A DNA stretch of 64,000 nucleotides. Origin: a virus (Duplodnaviria; Heunggongvirae; Uroviricota; Caudoviricetes). The stretch is taken from IMG/VR virus record IMGVR_UViG_3300009131_000001, positions 17,814 to 81,813 of that record. One strand, 5' to 3'. Position numbers and translations under genes: made by a program. Of the stretch, positions 44,005 through 52,568 are shown one piece after another (the first letter of the stretch is position 1; every line of letters begins with the position of its first letter). A model generated the notes under the pieces. The model did not search any database. It was not told the origin of the DNA and worked only from the letters and a program-made list of their open reading frames with translations.

Positions 44005-45000
44005 ATGGGTAGAGTAAGAAAAATAGGAGTCTATAAAATTACTTGTAATATTACTGGAATGTCTTATATAGGACAGAGTAATGATGTTTATAGAAGATTG
44101 AGATTTTATAAATCTCTGAGATGTAGGCAACAACCAAGAATTTACAGATCTCTATCTAAGTATGGCATAGATAATCACATATTTACAATCATTTGGGAAT
44201 CTACCTATAGTAGTAAACACATAATATTACAAAAGGACACTCTTAATATTTTGGAAAAATTTTACATATTTAAATATAATACCCTATCTCCCAATGGGTT
44301 AAATTTGTATTCTGGAGGAGATTCTTATACAGCATCTGAAGAAACTAGACTTAAATTAAGTAAATCTAAAAGTGGTATAAATCATCCAATGTATGGAAAG
44401 ATTGGAAAATTAAATCCAGCATCAAAGGAGGTTGTGCAATTAAGTAAAGATGGAGAGTTTATAAAAGATTGGGAATCTGCAACTGTTGCAGAAAAGACTT
44501 TAAATATAGCTAGAGATTTAGTATCAGCATGTTGTAGAGAAGATAGATATAGTACTAATGGGTATATATGGATGTGGAAAGCAGATTTTGATACTTACGG
44601 GCCAAAAATATACAAATTACCAAAAAGAAAAGATAGTCTATCAAAGAAGACTTATCAATATGATTTACAAGGTAAATATTTAAGAGAGTGGAATTCTACT
44701 ATGGATATAGAAAGAGAACTTAATATTGCAAATACATCTATAAGTAATGTATGCACAAATCAAAAAGGACAGGCTGGAGGATTTCAATGGAGATACTTTA
44801 TAAATGAAAATGGTATAAATGAATATATTACTAAGGGATTTCATGTAGTAGTTACAGATATAGATACAGGACTAATTCAAGAGTTTGAAAGTCTAGCTAA
44901 AATAAGTAAGACCTTTAAAATAAAGTGGTATATAATTAAAGAATGTTGCGAAGGTATTAGGAAATATTATAAAAATTATAAATTTAGTTATAAATATTAA
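44005..45000 (+). CDS. GIY-YIG homing endonuclease with NUMOD-type DNA-binding repeats
   Basis: GVYKITCNITGMSYIGQS is a GIY-YIG core. NUMOD3-like TRLKLSKSKSGINHPMYGK. Repeated IENR1/NUMOD1-like segments (KEVVQLSKDGEFIKDWESATVAEKTLNIA; LREWNSTMDIERELNIANTSISNVC). Confidence 0.7.
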   Translation: MGRVRKIGVYKITCNITGMSYIGQSNDVYRRLRFYKSLRCRQQPRIYRSLSKYGIDNHIFTIIWESTYSSKHIILQKDTLNILEKFYIFKYNTLSPNGLNLYSGGDSYTASEETRLKLSKSKSGINHPMYGKIGKLNPASKEVVQLSKDGEFIKDWESATVAEKTLNIARDLVSACCREDRYSTNGYIWMWKADFDTYGPKIYKLPKRKDSLSKKTYQYDLQGKYLREWNSTMDIERELNIANTSISNVCTNQKGQAGGFQWRYFINENGINEYITKGFHVVVTDIDTGLIQEFESLAKISKTFKIKWYIIKECCEGIRKYYKNYKFSYKY

Positions 45001-45015
45001 ATGTAGATTTTAGTT

Positions 45016-45534
45016 ATGAATAATAGGATACCAAAAGATTTTTTTATTACTAAAGGCTCTGGATTATCTGATATAACCATGCATGCTGGAGCATTTCATT
45101 TTGCATTATGGGATGCTGGAATTGATGGTTATAATTTTGTAAAATATTCATCAGTTTTACATAAAAAAGCAGAATGTGTAAATATTGAAAGTATTAAAAG
45201 TATGCCAGAACACGGTAGTGAGATGATGTGTATTCAAGCTATTGCCGAAGGAAAGGGTGGAGAAACTATTTCAGCAGGTATTATTTATGGATATCTTTAT
45301 GATCTAGAGGGCAATTGTTATGGAGGGATAGTTTGTGAAGAGTCTAATACGTATGGTGAGTCACAATTAACTTACAAATTAATAAATATAATAGATGATA
45401 TGTATTGTAAAACTTATAAAACTAAAGGATTGATACTAAGAGATGTAAAAACAATTACTGAAGAATTGTCAATTCCTAATGATGTTAGATTTGGATGTTG
45501 TTTAGTTAGTCTGTGTTTTATAAATTATTTGTAG
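45016..45534 (+). CDS. pdaD: pyruvoyl-dependent arginine decarboxylase (PdaD family)
   Basis: MNNRIPKDFFITKGSG...FHFALWDAGIDGYNFVKYSSVL parallels the PdaD N-terminus (...PK.FF.T.G.G...FE.AL..AGI...NLV.VSSI.P) including the Ser-Ser self-cleavage site. GGETISAGIIYGY matches GETISAAISVA. Confidence 0.65.
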   Translation: MNNRIPKDFFITKGSGLSDITMHAGAFHFALWDAGIDGYNFVKYSSVLHKKAECVNIESIKSMPEHGSEMMCIQAIAEGKGGETISAGIIYGYLYDLEGNCYGGIVCEESNTYGESQLTYKLINIIDDMYCKTYKTKGLILRDVKTITEELSIPNDVRFGCCLVSLCFINYL

Positions 45535-45535
45535 T

Positions 45536-45901
45536 ATGGAAATAAAAACTAATGTTAAAGGAGTAGATAAGTATATTACTATAGTCGGAATGCTTAGTAG
45601 CAAGTTACTTGGCAATGAACCATTTTGCGATTTACAACCTAAATGTCAGCTAGTATATGCATACTTACTATACTATAGAAATGATGTGTATGGGCATTTA
45701 GAGGAAAATTTGGCTAATAAGTTAACCTTTGATGGTGATACTAGAAGACTTATTGCAGAGGCACTTAAGGTAGAGAGAGTAGGTGTTTCTAACTATACTA
45801 AGATTCTTAAGGAAAGAGGTATTCTTAATGAGGATAAGAAATCTTTCAATAAGAAGTATCACATACCCAATCTTAAAGAATTTATTATTAGATTTGAGTA
45901 A
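45536..45901 (+). CDS. hypothetical protein (possible HTH)
   Basis: TRRLIAEALKVERVGVSNYTKILKERGIL is helix-turn-helix-like. Confidence 0.45.
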   Translation: MEIKTNVKGVDKYITIVGMLSSKLLGNEPFCDLQPKCQLVYAYLLYYRNDVYGHLEENLANKLTFDGDTRRLIAEALKVERVGVSNYTKILKERGILNEDKKSFNKKYHIPNLKEFIIRFE

Positions 45902-46095
45902 TGTTTATTATAAGATTTCATTTTAGAAATGTAGACGAATCTATAGATTTTATAGAACAATCCAAATCTATGTTAGAAGGATTTGACTATAAGATTAATA
46001 TAGAGGATAACGGTAAAATAGTTAAAGTTGAAATATTAAAACTAAAAGATAAAGTAATATGGGAAGTAAAAGGAAAGTGTTTTTATATGAACTAG
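45901..46095 (+). CDS. hypothetical protein
   Basis: 64-aa ORF with ATGA-type overlap. Confidence 0.35.
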   Translation: MFIIRFHFRNVDESIDFIEQSKSMLEGFDYKINIEDNGKIVKVEILKLKDKVIWEVKGKCFYMN

Positions 46096-47312
46096 CAACT
46101 GGTAAGACTATAGAATTTAATAGTCAGACTTCTGCTGGAGAGTTTTTACATGTTAGTGAAGCAACAATACGTAAGTATAATAATACTCTTAAAGAGATTG
46201 ATGGGTATAGAATATATAGTGGAGATAAAGTAGCACTTGCTGGAGAATCCTTATTAAATAGTATTAATGACCATAAAGAAACAAATGAAAACATTAATAC
46301 TAATGAGTTGGATTCAAGGATAAGTGAATTAGGTTATTCTAAATCTGATATACAGTCTGTTAAAACTTGGCAAACCCAGAAAGGTGAGACTAGATTTAGT
46401 ATTGTAACTAAACCAGATCAAGTTAATTCTGAAGAATTCCTGGAGAATCTTAAGAATAAGTTATCTGAATCCGTCAAACCATTTGAGATTCAACTTACAC
46501 CTGCTAAAGTTAGTGGGGTAGATTTAATAGTTTATACTTCAGATAAGCATGTTGGGGCTTGTAGTAAAGATTCTCAATATAATAATGAGTATAATGAGAT
46601 GGAATTTACTCGTAGAATGCAACAAATCTATCAAGAAATTGCATATGTAAAATTTGAATTTGGGCATATTAATAGTCTAATATTTATTGATTTAGGGGAT
46701 AATCTTGATGGGTATAATGCTCAAACTACTAGAGGTAATCATCCACTACCCCAGAATATGACTGATGAGGAATCATTTGATACTTATGTAAATGTACATA
46801 AGATATTCTTTGATAGTTTGGTAGAAAATAGTATGGCTAGTGAGTATAAGGCATACTTTGTAAATGATAGTAATCACTCTGGAAGTTTCGGATATACTGC
46901 AAATAGGGCATTGGAGATTTATCTTAATGTTAAGTTTCCATTCATAGAAACTATTCAGATGAATAAGTTTATGGAACATTTTATTCTAGGAGATGATTGC
47001 TATATTCTATGTCATGGTAAAGACAAGATTGATAGAAAGAATGGATTACCATTACATCTTAACGATGGTACTTATAAGTTAATATCTGACTACATTGACT
47101 ATAATAAGTTACATAATTATAACGTACATTTTGTAAAGGGGGATTTACACCAGAGTGCTTTTGAAAAGAATAGTAAGTTTACTTATAGGAATATACCTAG
47201 TGTATATGGTGCTAGTAAGTGGATTATGAATAACTTTGGATTGAATAAGCCTGGATTCTCAATGGATGTTTATCATATGGGGAATATTTATAGAAGAGAT
47301 ATTGAACTTTAA
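46059..47312 (+). CDS. calcineurin-like metallophosphoesterase with an N-terminal NUMOD1/IENR1-like DNA-binding module
   Basis: MPP motifs in order: DKHVG (D.H), GDNLDG (GDxxD), NDSNHSG (GNH-like), CHGKD (GH), GDLHQS. The N-terminal YELATGKTIEFNSQTSAGEFLHVSEATIRKY resembles homing-endonuclease DNA-binding repeats. Confidence 0.65.
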   Translation: MGSKRKVFLYELATGKTIEFNSQTSAGEFLHVSEATIRKYNNTLKEIDGYRIYSGDKVALAGESLLNSINDHKETNENINTNELDSRISELGYSKSDIQSVKTWQTQKGETRFSIVTKPDQVNSEEFLENLKNKLSESVKPFEIQLTPAKVSGVDLIVYTSDKHVGACSKDSQYNNEYNEMEFTRRMQQIYQEIAYVKFEFGHINSLIFIDLGDNLDGYNAQTTRGNHPLPQNMTDEESFDTYVNVHKIFFDSLVENSMASEYKAYFVNDSNHSGSFGYTANRALEIYLNVKFPFIETIQMNKFMEHFILGDDCYILCHGKDKIDRKNGLPLHLNDGTYKLISDYIDYNKLHNYNVHFVKGDLHQSAFEKNSKFTYRNIPSVYGASKWIMNNFGLNKPGFSMDVYHMGNIYRRDIEL

Positions 47313-47322
47313 ATTATAAATT

Positions 47323-47730
47323 ATGGAAAAATATTATTCGCCAAGTTCAGAAGAATTAAGAGTAGGTTTTGAATGTGAGATTAAATTACATACTGGAGAA
47401 TGGAAACCTATAAGATTAACTGAAGAATCCATGAAAACTACCTACTCTTCAGTAGATATTATAAGAGTTAAATATTTAGATAGGGATGATATAGAGAGTT
47501 TTGGGTTTGAATTTTGTGGTGCTGGATTTGATAATTATATGAATCACTTTAGTGATGGGTTCTTTAATATATGTTTTAGAGATATTGACGGGGATAATAA
47601 GGGAATTTCAATTAATCATGAAAGGAATAGTGGGGAGTATGTAAAAGATTTTTCTGGGTTTATAAAAAATAAATCTGAGCTGGAAATACTCCTAAAACAA
47701 CTAGGAATTAGAAACAATGAAGAATATTAA
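47323..47730 (+). CDS. hypothetical protein (paralog of 48136..48555)
   Basis: Shared YY(S/T)PS.EE.R.GFE.E...; VKYLD..DIESFGFE(F/Y); IKNKSEL...LK..G(I/V). Confidence 0.5.
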   Translation: MEKYYSPSSEELRVGFECEIKLHTGEWKPIRLTEESMKTTYSSVDIIRVKYLDRDDIESFGFEFCGAGFDNYMNHFSDGFFNICFRDIDGDNKGISINHERNSGEYVKDFSGFIKNKSELEILLKQLGIRNNEEY

Positions 47731-47890
47731 ACTATGTGTAAAATGTGGTTGTAGTGCTAGTAAGGTAGTAGAGGAATTTAATATAAAGATTCCTCTATGT
47801 ACCAAGCACTATAGAGAATATATTGAGGAAGAAGATGGATTTGTTGATAATGTGGAAGTAGTGGAGGAGGAAGAATATGACATTGATTAA
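47717..47890 (+). CDS. small zinc-ribbon protein (57 aa)
   Basis: Hand translation gives MKNIKLCVKCGCSASKVVEEFNIKIPLCTKHYREYIEEEDGFVDNVEVVEEEEYDID. It is below the track cutoff. Confidence 0.35.
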   Translation: MKNIKLCVKCGCSASKVVEEFNIKIPLCTKHYREYIEEEDGFVDNVEVVEEEEYDID

Positions 47891-48146
47891 ACCTAATTAC
47901 TTCTTAGATGGAGTAATGAGAGAAGTTGCTACTAAATATGATATTCCATTTGTTAAAGTACAAGAATGTATGGCTGCTCAATATGAGTTTGTTAGAAGAA
48001 GCGTTGAGAGTTATAATTCTAAAACTCAAACTGGAGCAAGGGTAATATATTTACCTAACTTTGGAAAGTTTATTATATCGGATAAGGTAATTAGTAATTT
48101 ACAGGAGAAGTATAAAGATTATAAGGAGAAGGAAGATGGAGAATAA
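47877..48146 (+). CDS. hypothetical protein
   Basis: 89-aa ORF. Confidence 0.4.
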   Translation: MTLIKPNYFLDGVMREVATKYDIPFVKVQECMAAQYEFVRRSVESYNSKTQTGARVIYLPNFGKFIISDKVISNLQEKYKDYKEKEDGE

Positions 48147-48555
48147 ATATTACACACCTAGTATTGAGGAATTTAGAATTGGGTTTGAGTATGAAGTGTA
48201 TATTCCAGAAAAAGAATTGTGGAGTAGTGAAACTTTTTATTTAAACCAATCTCATATTGATATTATAAAATATGTAGATATACAAACAGAAAATACTTTA
48301 AGACGAGTAAGAGTAAAATATCTAGATAGTTCTGATATAGAAAGTTTTGGGTTTGAATATAGTCATACTCCAAGAAAAAATGTGCTATTATTTAAAAGTA
48401 ATGAATATAATTTGTGGTTTGAAATGGATTTTAATTTTGTTAGAATAAGAAATACTAAAGAGATACTTCCGGGGAATATTCAATTGTTTTTTGGGAAGAT
48501 TAAAAATAAATCAGAACTACAACAAGTTCTTAAAATGATAGGAGTTATAGAATAA
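48136..48555 (+). CDS. hypothetical protein (paralog of 47323..47730)
   Basis: See 47323..47730. Confidence 0.5.
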   Translation: MENKYYTPSIEEFRIGFEYEVYIPEKELWSSETFYLNQSHIDIIKYVDIQTENTLRRVRVKYLDSSDIESFGFEYSHTPRKNVLLFKSNEYNLWFEMDFNFVRIRNTKEILPGNIQLFFGKIKNKSELQQVLKMIGVIE

Positions 48556-49121
48556 TGAAACTATTTGAATTAAATAGACTTACCTATGAAATAGAGATTG
48601 CTCCTGAAGCATTACTATTAGAACCTTTTAAAAGGCTTATTGATAGGGATAAGTCTAAGACTAAGGATATGGTTAAGAAGGAATTGGCTTTGATATACCA
48701 TTATTGCGATATTAGAAGTGATTATTCTGGTATGGAAAATAATACTAAACTTGCTCAAATTATTGAGAATCTTAAGTTTAGTAAAGGATATACTCCTGAT
48801 AAGATGGTAAAAGAAGCAATGGAATTCTATATGAGTTTTAAGACTCCTATTCAAGAATTATATGAAGGGGCTGTAATTGCTGCTCAAGCAGTTAATGAGT
48901 ATCTTAGGAAGTCCAAAGAATTGTTGGAAGAAAGAACTAAGGATGGTAAGATAGTGACTGACATTGCTAAAATTACAGCGTCTATTGAGAAGTTACCTAA
49001 GATTATGATGAACCTTAAGACTGCTGAGAAGGAATATATTAAGGAAACTAAGGAAACTGAGGGAAGGATGAAGGGGTCTAAGGCAATGAATATGTTTGAG
49101 GATGGATTAAAGACTGAATAG
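48555..49121 (+). CDS. hypothetical protein; candidate small terminase subunit by position only
   Basis: 188 aa, helical/charged, immediately upstream of the large terminase with a 1-nt gap. Confidence 0.3.
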   Translation: MKLFELNRLTYEIEIAPEALLLEPFKRLIDRDKSKTKDMVKKELALIYHYCDIRSDYSGMENNTKLAQIIENLKFSKGYTPDKMVKEAMEFYMSFKTPIQELYEGAVIAAQAVNEYLRKSKELLEERTKDGKIVTDIAKITASIEKLPKIMMNLKTAEKEYIKETKETEGRMKGSKAMNMFEDGLKTE

Positions 49122-49122
49122 T

Positions 49123-52100
49123 ATGGATTATACCAAACTAAATAAGTATCAAACATTAATAACTCCAGAACTAGAAAAGTCTTTACCTAAAGAAGTTTAT
49201 GCAGAACTTATCAATACTATTGATACTATTCCTTTTGTTAATTGGTTAGTACAACCTGAAGAAGTTAGGGGATTTGCTAAAGATAGGGTTAGGCATAAAG
49301 ATTTAGATGATTCTGATGAAAGAAAGCAATATGATGATAATAGGATAGTTGTAGATGTAACTAAACCTCATATACTTGAGGATATGGATTTCTTTAGGGA
49401 AAGGGCTATATTCTTTGATAAGTATGGATGTTATACAGATTTAACTCCTAATCCTAATCCTAATAGTGATTACGCTTTATTTTGGAAGGAAGAAATTAGA
49501 AGGTGGAAGGATGGATTAATTAAACCTAGTGATGGAGAATGGATTCCAGGAGGATTGTACTTTTATTGGAATTATTGTCCAATATGGCAAACCCAAACTG
49601 ACAGTATAACTATAAAAGGTAGAACTAAATCTAGGGCTAAACGTGTTAAAAAATTCCCTAAACCTTGGTTAGGAGATTATTTATTTTATCATTATATAGA
49701 ACAGGCTCAAGAATATGCACTACATGGTAAACTTCTAAAATGTCGTGGCGTTGGATTTAGCTTTAAAATGGGGAGTTTATCTCCTAGAAATATGTATGTG
49801 TATCAAGGTGAAGGAAATCCTAATTTCCATTTGGCTAGTGATAAAGGATTTTTACAGGGTGATAAGGGAGTATATAGTAAAGTAATCACTGTATTAGACT
49901 GGATTGCAGATACTACCCCACTCCCAAAATTAAGACTTGTGAATAGTGCTAGAAGTATGGAAATTAAACTGGGCTATCAAGATGAATATGGGGTAAATAG
50001 AGGCCCTCAGTCTAGTGTATTTGGTATATCTCTTAAGGATAATCCGGATAAGGCTCGGGGTATTCGCGGGCCTTTAGTCCATTATGAGGAAGATGGGCTA
50101 TTTCCTAATCTAGAAGATGCATGGAATATTAATCTTAAATCTGTAGAGGATGGTGACGAATCATTTGGTTTTCAATTAGCTGGCGGGTGTTTAACTGAAA
50201 ATAATTATGTATGGACTCATAATGGAAGTCTAAAAAGAATTAAAGATCTTAAAGTATCTGATGGTATAATAGGATTTAATAATGATAATCAAACTTTTAC
50301 TAAAGAACCTATTACTTATTTACAACCTACTATTAATAAACCTTGTTTGAGAATAGAAACTAATACTGGAAGATTTATTGAATGCAGTACAGATCATCCT
50401 ATACTGTACAGTCATTCTTTACTCTTTAAAAGAGAAGAACTACCTTCAGTAAATGGTAAAAGAAAAAGAAAGACATTTAAAGTAGTATCATTTAATCCTG
50501 CAAATAATTTAGTAATAGGAGACCAAGTAGCAACATTAGATCAGTTTCCCATATTTTCAGACATAGATATGTGGAATCCCAGACTAGTTGGATGGTTAGT
50601 AGGTGATGGTAGTTATGGTATAGATAAGACTCCAGTATTATCTAATTGTGAAGATGAGATAAATAGTTGGTTACATAATAATTTTAAAGATGATGTAACT
50701 ACAGAAAAATCATATATAACTAAGGATGGTAAAACTTATGAAGAAAATAGAATAAAAGGTATCACTAAAGAATTACGTAAGTTAGGGATATATGGACAAA
50801 CCAAATCAAATAAAAGACTTCCAATAGACATACATAATTACTCATTGAACACAGTCACGGAGTTTATAGGGGGATTTTATGATACTGATGGATATATTTC
50901 AAATACAGGTAGAGTTTCTTTATCCTCAGGACATAAAGAAATCTTGTTAGAAATGCAATTGTTATTACAAAAATTAGGTATTCATGGAAATATTATGTAT
51001 GTTAAACCAAATTTTAAAAACCCAAAAAGTAAAAATGGACATTATAATCTAGAAGTAGCAGATAGAGATAGTTTATTAAATTTTCAAAAGCACATAAAAC
51101 TATCTCCTAAAGTAAAAGCAGAAAGACTTGCTAATATTCATAATTTATATAAAAGTAAATCTCAACGTGCAAAACATCTTTCTGGAGTAAGATTTGAAAG
51201 AGTAGTTAAGATTGAGAATATAGGTATTCAACCTGTTTATAATTTAACTGCTGGAGAAACACATACTTATGTAGGAAATGGAATTATTACTCACAATACA
51301 GGAGGTACAGAAGGGGCTAGTTTTGAGGGTTCTGAGAAACTATTTTATCATCCAGATGCCTATAATATATACGGAATAAGTAACGTATATGATAGAAATG
51401 TAAATTCTGATTTAAAGTGTGGTTTCTTCTGGGGAGCATACTTAAATAGAAATAAGTGCTATGATTTAGATACAGGAGAACCTGATGTAATAAAGGCATT
51501 GTGTCAAATTTTACAAAATAGGTATAAAGTAAAAAATAATTCTACAGACCCCAAAGCAATTACTCAAAAAAAGGCCGAAGAACCTATTACTCCACAAGAG
51601 GCTATCATGCGTAGGGAGGGGAATATATTTCCTGCTGAAGATATTAAGAACTATCTTGCTGAAATAATGCCTAACTTCCAAAACTTTGTTAGTAGTCACT
51701 ATGTAGGCAAACTAGTTATTAATACTTCTGGAGATGTAGAGTGGAAACTAAATGAAGGTAACTTATACCCTATTAGGGATTTTCCATTTTTAGATGGTAA
51801 TAAAGAAGGTGCTGTAGAAATATATGAAATGCCTAAAAGATTTGGTAATGGGGAAATTCCTGTTGGTAGGTATATTTGTGGTATAGACCCCTATGACGAT
51901 GAAACTGGTACTTCATTAGGCAGTATATTTGTATTTGATAGGTGGAGTAGATGTATAGTTGCAGAGTATACTGGTAGACCTAGATTTGCAGATGAATTCT
52001 ATGAGATTTGCTATAGATTAGCCAAGTATTACAATGCAATGATAATGTATGAGAATAATAAGAAAGGATTATTTGTATATTTTAGAAATAAGAATATACT

Positions 52101-52512
52101 TCATATGCTGGCAGATGTTCCTAAAATACTTACTGATAAGCAGTCTTTAAAACCTGATACATTATATGGGAATAAATCCAAAGGGTTCAATGCCACTGCT
52201 GAAGTAAATACATTCTTAAGAACTGCTCAAGTTAAATGGATGTGTGAACCTTTAATGGATGATGAAGGAAACCCTAATGGATTGACTAGACTACATAAGA
52301 TTAGAAGTGTTGCATATCTTAAGGAGTGTGCTAGTTGGAATAGTGATGGTAACTTTGATAGGGTTAGTGCTATGGGAGCAGTAATGCTGTATGATTTAGA
52401 ATTAGGTAATGTAGAGATTAAAAGAACTACTGAACAAATTAAAACTAGAGCACATGATAAATATTTTGATAAGTTCTATGGAAACAAATCTAAAATGTTA
52501 AATACATGGTAA
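49123..52512 (+). CDS. terminase large subunit interrupted by an intein
   Basis: The C-terminal RNase H-like nuclease domain (YICGIDPYDDETGTSLGSIFVFDR...IVAEYTGR...EFYEICYRLAKYYNAMIMYENNKKG) is typical of TerL. A 370-aa intein is inserted after ...FQLAGG. Confidence 0.65.
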   Translation: MDYTKLNKYQTLITPELEKSLPKEVYAELINTIDTIPFVNWLVQPEEVRGFAKDRVRHKDLDDSDERKQYDDNRIVVDVTKPHILEDMDFFRERAIFFDKYGCYTDLTPNPNPNSDYALFWKEEIRRWKDGLIKPSDGEWIPGGLYFYWNYCPIWQTQTDSITIKGRTKSRAKRVKKFPKPWLGDYLFYHYIEQAQEYALHGKLLKCRGVGFSFKMGSLSPRNMYVYQGEGNPNFHLASDKGFLQGDKGVYSKVITVLDWIADTTPLPKLRLVNSARSMEIKLGYQDEYGVNRGPQSSVFGISLKDNPDKARGIRGPLVHYEEDGLFPNLEDAWNINLKSVEDGDESFGFQLAGGCLTENNYVWTHNGSLKRIKDLKVSDGIIGFNNDNQTFTKEPITYLQPTINKPCLRIETNTGRFIECSTDHPILYSHSLLFKREELPSVNGKRKRKTFKVVSFNPANNLVIGDQVATLDQFPIFSDIDMWNPRLVGWLVGDGSYGIDKTPVLSNCEDEINSWLHNNFKDDVTTEKSYITKDGKTYEENRIKGITKELRKLGIYGQTKSNKRLPIDIHNYSLNTVTEFIGGFYDTDGYISNTGRVSLSSGHKEILLEMQLLLQKLGIHGNIMYVKPNFKNPKSKNGHYNLEVADRDSLLNFQKHIKLSPKVKAERLANIHNLYKSKSQRAKHLSGVRFERVVKIENIGIQPVYNLTAGETHTYVGNGIITHNTGGTEGASFEGSEKLFYHPDAYNIYGISNVYDRNVNSDLKCGFFWGAYLNRNKCYDLDTGEPDVIKALCQILQNRYKVKNNSTDPKAITQKKAEEPITPQEAIMRREGNIFPAEDIKNYLAEIMPNFQNFVSSHYVGKLVINTSGDVEWKLNEGNLYPIRDFPFLDGNKEGAVEIYEMPKRFGNGEIPVGRYICGIDPYDDETGTSLGSIFVFDRWSRCIVAEYTGRPRFADEFYEICYRLAKYYNAMIMYENNKKGLFVYFRNKNILHMLADVPKILTDKQSLKPDTLYGNKSKGFNATAEVNTFLRTAQVKWMCEPLMDDEGNPNGLTRLHKIRSVAYLKECASWNSDGNFDRVSAMGAVMLYDLELGNVEIKRTTEQIKTRAHDKYFDKFYGNKSKMLNTW
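50188..51297 (+). mobile_element. Intein with a LAGLIDADG homing endonuclease domain inside the terminase large subunit
   Basis: It starts with Cys (CLTENNY) at 50188 and ends ...GIITHN at 51297, followed by Thr (+1). Two LAGLIDADG motifs are present: LVGWLVGDGSYGID and FIGGFYDTDGYIS. The length of 1110 nt is in frame. Confidence 0.75.
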
Positions 52513-52568
52513 TTAAATTAGTGTTGATGATATGAATATGTATAAATTTGGAAACTAAATATTAAAGT

